From assembly GCA_963765205.1 (NCBI GenBank), contig CAVXVB010000009.1:1216001-1280000 (forward strand): a stretch of DNA of 64,000 nucleotides. The letters run 5' to 3'. Positions 1-9,313 of this stretch are shown in pieces. The stretch comes from an uncultured Verrucomicrobiae bacterium. Lineage in GTDB: Bacteria; Verrucomicrobiota; Verrucomicrobiia; Opitutales; JABDGR01. Position 1 is the stretch's first letter, and every line of letters begins with the position of its first letter. The notes beneath the pieces are model-generated. The model searched no databases and was not told the origin of the DNA. It worked only from the letters and a program-made list of their open reading frames with translations. A program made the position numbers and the translations under genes.

Positions 1-2
1 AT

Positions 3-950
3 GATTTCGCCAACCTGCGCAGCGGCGCGATCAAGCGGGCGGGCTATTTTTTCACCCAGGTGCTCATTCCGCTGGAGGCATCCTACCGCGCCACGCACGT
101 GGCCCACCAGCATTTGCAGCAGATCAACGAGACGCTGCGCCTGCACACGGCAGCGCTGGCCGCGGGCAACCGCGAACTGGAGCAGGAAATCACGCGCCGC
201 AAGGTGGGCGAGGTCGTCATCCGCGAAGGCAAGGAGAAGTATCACAAGTTATTTATGGAGTCGCAGGCCATGCAGAAGAAACTCCGCCAGCTGACGCGGC
301 AGATCATCATGGCGCAGGAGGAGGAACGCAAGGAGATCAGCCGCGAGCTGCACGACGAGGTGGTGCAAACGCTGGTCGGCATCAACGTCGAGTTGGCGGC
401 CCTGGGCAAGGGCGCCTCCGTCGGCTTGCACACCTTCAAGGAGAAAATCGCCCGCACCCAGCGATTGGTGGAGAATTCCGTGAACGCGGTGCATCGCTTC
501 GCCCGCGAACTGCGGCCGGCCGTGCTGGACGACTTGGGCCTGATTCCCGCCCTCCATGCGTATAGCAAAAGCCTGGCGGAGCGGAAAAAGCTCAAAATCC
601 AGATGACGGCGTTCGGTGGGGTCGAGGCCTTGGGCACGGCCAAGCGCACGGTGCTGTTCCGCGTGGCGCAGGAGGCGCTCACCAATGTCGCCCGCCACGC
701 GCACGCCACCCAGGTCAAAATCAGCATCACCAAGATTTCGGGCGCGATTCGGATGGAAATCAGCGACAATGGGAAATCTTTCCAAGTCGAAAAGGTTTTC
801 GGGGCCAAATCACCCAGCCGCCTGGGCTTGATGGGCATGAAAGAGCGGGTCGAAATGGTCGGCGGCAGCTTGACCATCAAATCCGCCGTCGGCATGGGCA
901 CGACCGTGTGCGCCGAAATCCCCTTCACCCCGGAGAAAACAAAAAAATGA
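3..950 (+). CDS. Sensor histidine kinase, HisKA_3/NarX-UhpB type (5' end outside window)
   Basis: Frame open from position 3; H-box EERKEISRELHDEVVQTL, N-box QEALTNVARHA, SDNGKSF and LGLMGMKERV G-boxes; stop overlaps next ATG (ATGA 947-950). Confidence 0.9.
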   Translation, partial: DFANLRSGAIKRAGYFFTQVLIPLEASYRATHVAHQHLQQINETLRLHTAALAAGNRELEQEITRRKVGEVVIREGKEKYHKLFMESQAMQKKLRQLTRQIIMAQEEERKEISRELHDEVVQTLVGINVELAALGKGASVGLHTFKEKIARTQRLVENSVNAVHRFARELRPAVLDDLGLIPALHAYSKSLAERKKLKIQMTAFGGVEALGTAKRTVLFRVAQEALTNVARHAHATQVKISITKISGAIRMEISDNGKSFQVEKVFGAKSPSRLGLMGMKERVEMVGGSLTIKSAVGMGTTVCAEIPFTPEKTKK

Positions 951-1633
951 ATCCTCCCATACAAATTACGGTATTGCTGGCCGAAGACCACGCCATTGTG
1001 CGGCAGGGTCTGTGCGCACTGCTCAACGCGGACGGCCATTTTAAGGTGGTCGCCGAGGCGCGCACAGGCTGTGAAGCGGTCGAGCTGGCGCTGGCCTCGC
1101 GGCCCGATGTCATCCTGATGGACATTGCCATGCCGGTGCTCAATGGCTTGGAGGCGACGCGGCAAATCCTCGCCGCCAATCCGGCGGCCAAGGTGATCAT
1201 TCTGTCCGCACACAGCGACGACGTGTATGTGGAGCGCATGAACGAGGCCGGCGTGGCCGGCTTCCTCGAAAAACAATCGTCCGCCGAAATCTTGACCAAG
1301 GCGATCACCGAAGTCGCCCAGGGCAAAACGTTTTTCAGCCCGGCGATTGCCAAACGCATGCGTGATGCCCAAGGCCAGCCACGCGACCGGGACGGGCTGC
1401 TCAAGGCCCACGGCCACCGCCTGACTTCGCGCGAATCCGAAGTGCTGCAACTCGTGGCCGAGGGCGCGGCCAACAAACAGATCGCGGCAGCCCTTAACAT
1501 CAGCATCAAGACCGTCGAGAAGCACCGGCAGCAACTCATGGACAAGCTCAATATTCATGACACCGCCGGGCTGACGCGCTACGCGATCTCAGCCGGGGTC
1601 ATCGAGAACAGCGTCCAATTCACGATTGTCTAA
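947..1633 (+). CDS. NarL/LuxR-family response regulator
   Basis: Receiver (LLAEDH, VILMDIAMP, FLEK) plus LuxR HTH (LTSRESEVLQLVAEG...SIKTVEKHRQQLMDKL). Confidence 0.95.
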   Translation: MNPPIQITVLLAEDHAIVRQGLCALLNADGHFKVVAEARTGCEAVELALASRPDVILMDIAMPVLNGLEATRQILAANPAAKVIILSAHSDDVYVERMNEAGVAGFLEKQSSAEILTKAITEVAQGKTFFSPAIAKRMRDAQGQPRDRDGLLKAHGHRLTSRESEVLQLVAEGAANKQIAAALNISIKTVEKHRQQLMDKLNIHDTAGLTRYAISAGVIENSVQFTIV

Positions 1634-1746
1634 GCCGGAGCCATTTTGCTTAACTGAATGGCAGTGAGGTCAGTTTGGCTGCGAATTTGAGCGCCATTCC
1701 GACGGTCAAGCGGACTTGGCGCGTGGGCGGTAGGGTAAAAACTTTG

Positions 1747-1798
1747 GTAGGGTATTACCCCATGGCGGTTGGAACACGCCTAGTGTATACTGCCTCTT
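1747..1798 (+). promoter_or_regulatory. Activator box GTAGGGTATTACCCCATGGC plus -10 TATACT, leaderless start
   Basis: Box 1747-1766, -10 at 1786-1791, GTG at 1799; same spacing at 2823 and 4867; extra half-site GGTAGGGTA at 1729. Confidence 0.75.
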
Positions 1799-2665
1799 GT
1801 GAAAATTCGCTCCCTTATTCCTTTGCCCATGGTTACACTTGCGGTGTTGCTCATCGCCCCGGCGACGAGTTCGGCCCAGATTTTGCTGACCGCGGGCAAT
1901 TTCGCCCTGCTCGGCGGCACCGCCGTGTCCAATTCCGGGACCTCGATGATCACCGGGAACATTGGCGCGGGCACCGTCATCAGCGGTTTCCCGCCGGGGG
2001 TGGATGTGGGCTCGGAATTCGTGGCTGATCCAGTCACTACCCAAGCGCAACTGGATTTGATCAAGGCCTCAAATGGTTTGTATGGCATGCCGACCGGTAC
2101 CGGGGACAACATCGTCTCCGGGGAGTTTGGTGGGCTGACTTTGCTGCCGGGCGTGTATACGATTAGCCCCATGTCGGCGGCGTTGGACGGGACCCTCACA
2201 CTCAACGCCAATGGCGAGGCCAACGCGGTCTGGGTTTTCAACATCTACGCCTCGCTCACCACATCCGAAGATTCGGCCGTCGTCTTGGAGAATACCGTTA
2301 ACAACGGCAGCGGCGTCGGCGTTTACTGGAACGCTTACACGGGCGGCATCACCATCGGCGCCAACAGCACGGTGCTGGGAAATTACCTGGCGGGCACCAG
2401 CATTACCTTTGACGGTCTGGACAGCGGCCTGGGCGGCCGTCTGCTGGCCCAAGCCGGCGTCAGCATTGCCACGGCCTCCGACTTCAATTCCACGGGCAAT
2501 CCCGGTGGCAGTGGCTATGACGCCGGCTTGACGTATAATCCCCAGGGCGCGGTGGTGCCCATTACCGTGCCGGAGCCGGCCGCGTTTCTCTGGCTGGCGC
2601 CCCTCAGCGCACTGGGCGTGGTGCTCTGGCGGCGCCGGTTGGTGGCAAAAAAGCTGGCCGCGTAA
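1799..2665 (+). CDS. DUF3494 (ice-binding-like) protein with signal peptide and PEP-CTERM sorting signal
   Basis: AGNFALLGGTAVSNSG, GLTLLPGVYT, LTLNANGEANAVWVFNI; C-terminus VPEP + hydrophobic helix + WRRR. Confidence 0.85.
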   Translation: MKIRSLIPLPMVTLAVLLIAPATSSAQILLTAGNFALLGGTAVSNSGTSMITGNIGAGTVISGFPPGVDVGSEFVADPVTTQAQLDLIKASNGLYGMPTGTGDNIVSGEFGGLTLLPGVYTISPMSAALDGTLTLNANGEANAVWVFNIYASLTTSEDSAVVLENTVNNGSGVGVYWNAYTGGITIGANSTVLGNYLAGTSITFDGLDSGLGGRLLAQAGVSIATASDFNSTGNPGGSGYDAGLTYNPQGAVVPITVPEPAAFLWLAPLSALGVVLWRRRLVAKKLAA

Positions 2666-2822
2666 AGTGGCGGTTTGCCGTTGGCCACGGAAGTGGGCCC
2701 CTTTGCAGCCAAGGGCGCACGCCGCAATCTGTCAGCAGAATCATGTTGGTGAATCGTGTTACTTTCAATGTATCTGTCTGTATAATAATGTTTTGGGCCG
2801 GAGAGTGTTTCCGCGGCTCGAG

Positions 2823-2874
2823 GTAGGGTAACGCCCCATAGCAGATGTCGCCCAAATAGCGTAGCATGGAAACC
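2823..2874 (+). promoter_or_regulatory. Activator box GTAGGGTAACGCCCCATAGC plus -10 TAGCAT, leaderless start
   Basis: Box 2823-2842, -10 at 2862-2867, ATG at 2875. Confidence 0.75.
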
Positions 2875-3742
2875 ATGAAAATTTATCGTCTGATTCGAGT
2901 TGTTCCCTTTCCGGTTATCGCGCTCACCGCGTTGCTTTGCATCCCGGCCGCTGCGTCCGCCCAGACCATCTTGAAATCGGCGGGCAACTTTGCGATCCTC
3001 GGCGGCACGGGCGTAAGCAATGGCGGGCCCACGGATATCATGAGCGGGGACGTTGGCTCGACCGCGATCACCGGCTTTAACCCGGCGGGGACCGTCACCA
3101 ACGGGGGAGTAATTGTCACCGACCCGGCGATAATCACCCCGGCGCTGACGGATCTCACCAACGTCGAAACCAAGCTGGACCTCATGGCGTCCACGGCAAA
3201 CTTGAGCAATCAGGATCTGGGCGGGATGACGCTGTTACCGGGCGTGTATACGTTTGACGTTGCGGCGACGCTGGCCTTGAGCACCAACCTCACGCTGAAT
3301 GCCAATGGCGAGACCAACCCGGTGTGGGTATTCCAAATCGGTTCCTCGTTCACCGCCGGTGCAAATGCGAATATCCTGGTGACCAATCTGAACGTCGGCA
3401 GCGATGCCGGCATCTACTGGGACGCGGGAACGTTCATCACTTTCGGCGCGGACGATGAGATCATCGGAAACTTCCTGGCAAGCAGTGCCATCACTTTCGG
3501 CGACGGCACCGATGGCAGCGGCCGCGCCTTGGCGCAGACCATCAACACCCTCAGCGACAATACATTTGATTCCGACCCCGGCGCCAGCCCCAGTGGTTGG
3601 AACAGCGGCTTGATGTATAATGGGCTGGGCGACATCGTGCCCGTTCCGGAGCCGTCCGCGGTGCTTTGGCTGATGCCCCTCTGGCGCGCTGGGCTTGGTT
3701 TTCTGGCGCCGCCGCTCCATGGCCAAAACAAAAGTCGCGTAA
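2875..3742 (+). CDS. Second DUF3494 PEP-CTERM paralog, with a 1-nt insertion near 3682 in the sorting signal (as written runs to 3816)
   Basis: Collinear with 1799..2665; removing one T at about 3682 gives VPEPSAVLWLMPLGALGLVFWRRRSMAKTKVA* ending at TAA 3740-3742. Confidence 0.8.
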
Positions 3743-3969
3743 AAGCCGATGATTTGTTGCGAACCCTTCCTACGCGGGCTGGTGGTTCTGGCTTGCGTCA
3801 GCTTGGTGCTGGGTAGGAGGAAAAGAAATCGAGCTACGCGCCGGGCGTCATGGTCGAGGGGTTTTCTGCAACGATGACCCGCTTGACGGCGTTGAAACCC
3901 GCAGTGTGGAAAAGTGGACGGTTTTCTGCAAGCGCGCTTTAATTTTCCTGGCCGACTGACGGCTCCTGC

Positions 3970-4506
3970 ATGAAAAACAACGCACAACCCAAGTTAGAAC
4001 GGCTGTTGGGCGCCCGCCTGCTCGGCGGCTTCCAGAAATTTGCCCGCGCGGTGGTACGCGCGAGCGGCCATCCCCCGGCGTTCGCCGTCGCCCTCGCCAC
4101 GATTATAATCTGGTCGCTGACCGGACCCTTGTTTCGCTCGGGCAACACCTGGTTGCTGGTCATCAACACCATCACGAACATCGTCACGTTCTTGATGATT
4201 TTTTTAATTCGCAACGCCCAGAACCGGGAGAGTGAGGCGGTGCAGCTAAAACTCGATGAATTGATCCGCGCCACCAAGACGGCGCAAAACACCCTGCTGG
4301 ACATTGAGGAATTATCCGAAGATGAACTGGACCGTATCAAGGCACGTTTCGAACGGCTTGCCAAAAAGGCCCGCGAGGAGTCCGGGGTAAGCCCGGTTGA
4401 AGTCATGCTCGCAAAAACACCGCCGGCCATGGCGGCCAGTGCGCTGGCCAACCCGGGCGAATCTCCCAAAACGGAACGCGACGCGATTGAGCGGCGACCA
4501 TCCTGA
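3970..4506 (+). CDS. Low-affinity iron permease (Fet4-like) family small membrane protein
   Basis: WSLTGPLF...TWLLVINTITNIVTFLMIFLIRNAQNRESEAVQLKLDELIRA signature. Confidence 0.85.
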   Translation: MKNNAQPKLERLLGARLLGGFQKFARAVVRASGHPPAFAVALATIIIWSLTGPLFRSGNTWLLVINTITNIVTFLMIFLIRNAQNRESEAVQLKLDELIRATKTAQNTLLDIEELSEDELDRIKARFERLAKKAREESGVSPVEVMLAKTPPAMAASALANPGESPKTERDAIERRPS

Positions 4507-4554
4507 TCAGACCCGCTGACTTTCACGCATACCTAAACAATCCAAACACCCTAG

Positions 4555-4773
4555 ATGCTGTTTCTCGCCGCGAGCGCGGCTGGACCGGTGGTGAGTGGCC
4601 GGGTGTTGCTGGGCTCCATGCTGGCGGGGAGTAGGGCATTTAATTTCCTCGAGGGCTTGATTAACGATCAGATTCTCGGACTTCATCACGTTCTCCCCGG
4701 CAGCCCGCACCAATTTTTGTTCGACATGCTCTGCTTGGCGAACGGGGTGATGTTTTTTCTGGTCGGCACCTGA
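4555..4773 (+). pseudogene. DUF2243-like membrane protein, C-terminal fragment
   Basis: LLGSMLAG..AFNFLEGLINDQILGLHHV resembles the second DUF2243 motif; N-terminal half absent. Confidence 0.55.
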
Positions 4774-4866
4774 CTCGTTTGGTCGCGGCGGAGTACCCTC
4801 AACTAGTCTAGCTGGGTTCCCTGACTATGCTGGTCGCCACGAATTAGGTAAACGCTGGCCATGAAA

Positions 4867-4919
4867 GTAGGGTAACGCCCCATAGCGGCGCAGGCAATGA
4901 TGGTGTATTCTACGCTTGC
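4867..4919 (+). promoter_or_regulatory. Activator box GTAGGGTAACGCCCCATAGC plus -10 TATTCT, leaderless start
   Basis: Box 4867-4886 identical to 2823-2842, -10 at 4906-4911, ATG at 4920. Confidence 0.75.
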
Positions 4920-5327
4920 ATGAAAAAAACCTTTAATCTCGTCCGCAATTTGGCCACCGTTTTACTGGCCGCCAATTTGCTTCTCTCCTCGGGCTGCTTC
5001 CTCTTTGCGGTGGCCGCCGTGGGCGGTGCCGCCGCCGGCACCGTCGCTTATGTGGACGGCAAACTCGAAGTTTCGCTGGGCTACAGCTACGATGCCGTCG
5101 TTACCGCCAGCAACAGGGCGATCTCCCAGTTGCAATTTGCCCAGCCGGAAGAACGCAAAGACGCGCTGTCCGACACGCTGACGACCCATGACGCGAAAGG
5201 CGACAGCATCGAAGTGGTCGTGACTAAGGTAGGCGACAACCTGACCAAGGTGGACATTCGGGTCGGCACCTTTGGCGACCAGCCGATGTCCCAGGAGATT
5301 CTCGATAAAATCAAGGCCAACCTTTGA
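4920..5327 (+). CDS. DUF3568-family lipoprotein
   Basis: Lipobox SSGC, Gly/Ala stretch AVGGAAAGTVAYVDG, C-terminal TKVDIRVGTFGD...SQEILDKIK. Confidence 0.75.
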   Translation: MKKTFNLVRNLATVLLAANLLLSSGCFLFAVAAVGGAAAGTVAYVDGKLEVSLGYSYDAVVTASNRAISQLQFAQPEERKDALSDTLTTHDAKGDSIEVVVTKVGDNLTKVDIRVGTFGDQPMSQEILDKIKANL

Positions 5328-5354
5328 GGGTTGTTCTTATCCATCTCATTTTCG

Positions 5355-5600
5355 ATGAATAACCTCCTTGCCTCCCTTCCCCCCGTCCAGGCTTCCTTCG
5401 ATTCGGCACCCGGCCCTTTTTCAAATTACATGCTCTTCGAGTTATTGACCATGCATGAGGAATTGATCGGGCAGCTCCGCCTTGAAGGCCAGGAGCCTGG
5501 CAGCAATATCGGCTTTCTCAAGGAGATCATCAACCAGCATGAACAGGCCGTCATTATGCTCCACGCGCTGATTGACAACCACCAGGCGCTGGTTGGCTAA
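5355..5600 (+). CDS. Hypothetical small helical protein
   Basis: Co-oriented ORF filling the gap within the cluster; start uncertain. Confidence 0.45.
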   Translation: MNNLLASLPPVQASFDSAPGPFSNYMLFELLTMHEELIGQLRLEGQEPGSNIGFLKEIINQHEQAVIMLHALIDNHQALVG

Positions 5601-5638
5601 ATATTTTTTGTCCATCCAAACACTTAACTCTTAAATAT

Positions 5639-5845
5639 ATGAATAAAATCACCTCCCTCGTCCTGCTGCTGGCTGGCGTCGCCCTCATAGGCTTCGGCGT
5701 CCATGCCTCGAACTCCATTGGCTCGGATTTCTCCAAGTTTTTCACTGGTTCACCCACGGAAAAATCCATCTGGATGCTGATCGGGGGCGTCATTCTCGCC
5801 GCCGTCGGCGCCGGTGGCCTGCTGACCGGCTCAAAATCCGCCTAG
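5639..5845 (+). CDS. DUF3185-family small membrane protein
   Basis: SIGSDFSKFFTGSPTEKSIWMLIGG between two TM helices. Confidence 0.85.
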   Translation: MNKITSLVLLLAGVALIGFGVHASNSIGSDFSKFFTGSPTEKSIWMLIGGVILAAVGAGGLLTGSKSA

Positions 5846-5883
5846 TCTAACTCACTGCATCCAACCTTTCCCCACCAAATTCC

Positions 5884-6048
5884 ATGTTAAACTACGCCAT
5901 TTTATTCCTACTCATCGCCATCATCGCAGGCGTCCTCGGTTTCGGGGTTATCGCGGGCACTGCGGCCATGTTCGCCCGGGTTCTCTTCCTCATTTTCCTT
6001 GTACTATTTGCGGTCTCGCTGCTGTTCGGCCGCAAGCCGAATGCTTGA
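5884..6048 (+). CDS. DUF1328 (YtjA-like) small membrane protein, 54 aa, absent from the ORF track
   Basis: Hand translation [54 protein letters not shown]. Confidence 0.9.
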   Translation: MLNYAILFLLIAIIAGVLGFGVIAGTAAMFARVLFLIFLVLFAVSLLFGRKPNA

Positions 6049-6108
6049 GCCGGACGCCGCGCCCAGCCCATGGACTCCATTTTAAATCCAAAATCAAAAG
6101 AAATTATC

Positions 6109-6423
6109 ATGAAAAACAACATCGACACTGCTCCCACCGCCAAAGATCTCCTCAATGAACTGCAGGCCCTTGTCGTCGAAGCCGAGACGCTAATGGCTGG
6201 CTCCCTAGCCGAACACTCGACCGAGGCGCTCGGCCAGTTGCGCGCGCGATTCTGCGCCGCCCAGGAGCGATTCGGCGAAATCTACGACGGCGCGAAGCAA
6301 AAAGTCGTCGCCGGGGCCAAATACACCGACGCGACCATCCGCGAGAATCCCTACCAATCACTGGCCATCGCGCTCGGTTTGGGCGTCGCCCTTGGCGTGC
6401 TGATTGGGCGGCGCAGCAAATAA
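6109..6423 (+). CDS. DUF883 / ElaB-YqjD family membrane-anchored ribosome-binding protein
   Basis: TDATIRENPYQSLAIALGLGVALGVLIGRR C-terminal anchor. Confidence 0.9.
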   Translation: MKNNIDTAPTAKDLLNELQALVVEAETLMAGSLAEHSTEALGQLRARFCAAQERFGEIYDGAKQKVVAGAKYTDATIRENPYQSLAIALGLGVALGVLIGRRSK

Positions 6424-6435
6424 CCGCTTCCGTCC

Positions 6436-6831
6436 ATGAAGACCACGACTTCGACCGCAGCTTCCGTTGGTTATCTCAGTTCGCTGCGGACATTGGGGGA
6501 CGGTTTCCTTGCGGGCGCCCACGAGCGGATTGAGCTGTTCACGGTTGAGCTGCGGGAGGAAAAGTTCCGGCAGATGCAAACATTTATCTGGCTGAGCGCA
6601 GCCGTTTTTACCGGCATGATGGCGATCACCTTCGCCAGTCTGACACTGGTTTATCTCTTCTGGGAAAGTTCCCGCCTGGCGGTGCTCGGCGGGCTGACGG
6701 TCATCTACGCGGGGGCGCTGGTCGTGATCATTATCGCATTTCGCGGCTTTCTGGCGCGCCAGCCCAACCCATTCGCGGCCACCCTTCAAGAAATCGAGGA
6801 AGACCGCGCATGTATCCGCAGCGAGAACTGA
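6436..6831 (+). CDS. YqjE-like (phage holin family) membrane protein
   Basis: RIELFTVELREEK, two TM helices, PFAATLQEIEEDR; follows YqjD-like gene. Confidence 0.8.
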   Translation: MKTTTSTAASVGYLSSLRTLGDGFLAGAHERIELFTVELREEKFRQMQTFIWLSAAVFTGMMAITFASLTLVYLFWESSRLAVLGGLTVIYAGALVVIIIAFRGFLARQPNPFAATLQEIEEDRACIRSEN

Positions 6832-7157
6832 CCCAACTGGCCGCCCACAAGGTCGCGCTCCGGCGGGACATTGCGTTGCGCCGTATGCAATGCGTCGAGG
6901 CGGCCGTCCGCGTGACGAAGCCCTTGGAGTGGCTCGAACGGGCGCTGGCCTTTTGGCGGCGACTGGCACCGCTGGCCCAAGCTGCGGCTATGCCGCTGGG
7001 CCTCCTGGCCTCGCGCAAAGCTTTACCCCGCCGGAAGATTCTCGGCACCGTTTTGCGCTGGGGCCCGCTCGTCTTGAGCGTCGTGCGCGGGATTCGTTCG
7101 ACGGATAAAACACGCATTGGGTCACGCGCGACGCAGCCCCCTACGTCAAATCCGTAA
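6810..7157 (+). CDS. YqjK-like protein
   Basis: Basic protein overlapping the YqjE-like gene; synteny matches yqjDEK. Confidence 0.55.
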   Translation: MYPQRELTQLAAHKVALRRDIALRRMQCVEAAVRVTKPLEWLERALAFWRRLAPLAQAAAMPLGLLASRKALPRRKILGTVLRWGPLVLSVVRGIRSTDKTRIGSRATQPPTSNP

Positions 7158-8439
7158 TCGAGCCGAAGGCCGGATCAAACAAACGCCGGTAGAGGCGGAT
7201 GGCCGCGCCGTCGGTTAAATCCGCCAGGAAATCGCACACCAGCCGCGCGCGGGCCGCCTCGGTTTTGGCCTCGCGTAGGGCAGCGTTCCACCGCGCTGGC
7301 AGGAACGCGAGCTTGGGCTGCGGCGGCTCGATGCAATGCTCGCGCAGCGCGCCAAACAGCCGGTCAATGATGAAGCCGCCCTTGAATTCGATTTGCAAAA
7401 TGGAGGGCGACTGGAAGATGACATCATACGCGAGCTTTTTGTAAAAATCGGCCTCGGCCACAATCGCGGGGGCGATGGCGAGGTTCCACGCGTAGCGCTG
7501 GGTCGCGGCCGCCAGCGGGTGCCGGCGCGGCGCAAGGCGGCAGGCGCGGATGAACTGACCGATTTTCGCATTGAAGGCCGGCTCCAGCCGCTCGTCGTGG
7601 ATGAGTTTCAGCAAGTCCTCGAACCAAGGATTTTTCCGGTCAACGGCGAATCCTTTTTCCTCCGCCCAATGCCGGGCTGACTCAATGGTGATGAAGCGCG
7701 CCTTCACGCCGTCGAGGATGTCGTGCAGGCAATAGGCGGTGTCGTCGGCCCAGTCCATGATCTGGCATTCGAGAGATTTACATTCGTTGAGGTCGGCGTG
7801 CGCGCGGCAAGCTTGCGTGCCCGGTGCCCCGCCGAGGGCGAAATCGCGCAAGTATTCCTGCTCGTCGTAGAGAAAATGATGCTGGGGCGACAGGCCGCCC
7901 GCGCCCGCCTCGCGGAAGAGCGCCTTGTATTTCGTCACGCCGTCAAGAAACGCCCGCGTCGGGTTCAGCCCGCGCGCCTGTTTTGGTCGCTCGTAGAACC
8001 GCTCGGCCAGCAGCCGCAGGGTCTGCGCATTGCCCTCGAAGCCGCCCCAGCCCGCCATCAGCGCGTGCAGCCGCCGCTCGCCAATGTGGCCGAAGGGCGG
8101 GTGGCCGATGTCGTGCGTCAGGCCGATAGCCTCGACCAAATCCGGGTCCACGTAAAAGTCCGGCCCGAGTTCCGCTTGGCTCGCGTTGAGGAATTCCGCA
8201 ATCGAGCGCCCGATGCGCGCCACCTCAATCGAGTGGGTGAGGCGCGTGCGGTAAAAATCATATTCGCCCGACTGGAAAACCTGCGTTTTGGACTGCAACC
8301 GCCGGAAGACCGACGAAAAAATCACGCGGTCGCGGTCCACCGCGAACGGCGTGCGCGGGTCGCCCTCCTCGCGCAGGCCGCGGGGCGAGGCGGCGTCGAG
8401 CAGGGCGAAATCCGCATCGTTGTAAAATCGGTTGGGCAT
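7141..8439 (-). CDS. dgt: dGTP triphosphohydrolase (HD superfamily)
   Basis: DRDRVIFSSVFRRLQSKTQVF, RTRLTHSIEVA, HDIGHPPFGH.GE, FEGNAQT, DWADDTAY; start placed at MPNRF. Confidence 0.93.
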   Translation of the reverse strand: MPNRFYNDADFALLDAASPRGLREEGDPRTPFAVDRDRVIFSSVFRRLQSKTQVFQSGEYDFYRTRLTHSIEVARIGRSIAEFLNASQAELGPDFYVDPDLVEAIGLTHDIGHPPFGHIGERRLHALMAGWGGFEGNAQTLRLLAERFYERPKQARGLNPTRAFLDGVTKYKALFREAGAGGLSPQHHFLYDEQEYLRDFALGGAPGTQACRAHADLNECKSLECQIMDWADDTAYCLHDILDGVKARFITIESARHWAEEKGFAVDRKNPWFEDLLKLIHDERLEPAFNAKIGQFIRACRLAPRRHPLAAATQRYAWNLAIAPAIVAEADFYKKLAYDVIFQSPSILQIEFKGGFIIDRLFGALREHCIEPPQPKLAFLPARWNAALREAKTEAARARLVCDFLADLTDGAAIRLYRRLFDPAFGSITDLT

Positions 8440-8701
8440 CGCAGGAGCATAGGAATGTTTGCCCGGATGCATCTCGCTTGCCAACTGGAAAGTCTGTTTC
8501 GGGCCTAAATCCGCCGCCAACCGTGTCTATTGCCTTCCGTGTTCCACGCTGAGTCGCCTTTTTGGGTAGTGTCCTGAATCTTTCGCACATTGGGTCTGGG
8601 CAGTTGGTGGCGTAGTTGAGGTTTTGTTGGTTTTGGGTGGTTTGGCTCCTGCGGAGGGAGGGCGTAGCCCGACCGGAGCAGGAGCCAAGGAAGGTTTATT
8701 T

Positions 8702-9313
8702 TTACGCGGTGTTCATGGTTGGGCTGGCCGATTCCTCGGTGGCGTTATGGCCGCGCAGACGGCCCATGTCGAGGTAGCGTTTCGCGCCCCACTTCGTGCC
8801 GGCCACGTGGCGCAGTCGCGCCGCCACGAGTATCAGTGCGCTTTGGCCATCGGGGAAGGCGCCGACGGCACGGGTGCGCCGTCTTATCTCGCGCATGAGC
8901 CGTTCGAGCGGATTGTTGGTGCGCAGGCAGCGCCAGTGTTCGCTGGGGTAGTCCATATGGACTCCCCGCCATTTACCACGCAATTCGTCGATTACCGGCC
9001 TCTTTTCATCGAGCAGTTCGACTTGTATCTTGGCAATTTCGCTATCCACGGTGAGGGCAAGGACGAGCAGAAGTTGATTGGCGGCATCCGCCTCTTTTTT
9101 GAGCCAGGTTCCAATAAAAGGGGCAATGGCCTTGAACGCTCCGCGTCCAGGTTTAATGACGGCCGACTCAGGGGCCGCCGGCGCAACCGGATCTCCCGAG
9201 GAGATAGCGGTGGTCTGGGGTAGATCGTCAGCGAAGTCCTGCGGCAGGATATAACGTTCCGGATCGTCATATTGGAGCATTTTCACCTTGAGCAAGAGTG
9301 CAGGGTTCTCCAC
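8702..9313 (-). pseudogene. Chimeric ORF: unknown passenger sequence fused in frame to the IS256 transposase C-terminus
   Basis: From MDYPSEHWRC onward it matches the transposase at 9288..10595; upstream part unrelated. Confidence 0.65.

Noticed and set aside
242..1558. Long antisense or alternate-frame ORFs (e.g. 242..1558, 14440..16368, 35925..37385, 39718..40959, 49785..51248)
   Set aside because: Shadow frames of well-supported genes in high-GC DNA; no recognisable motifs
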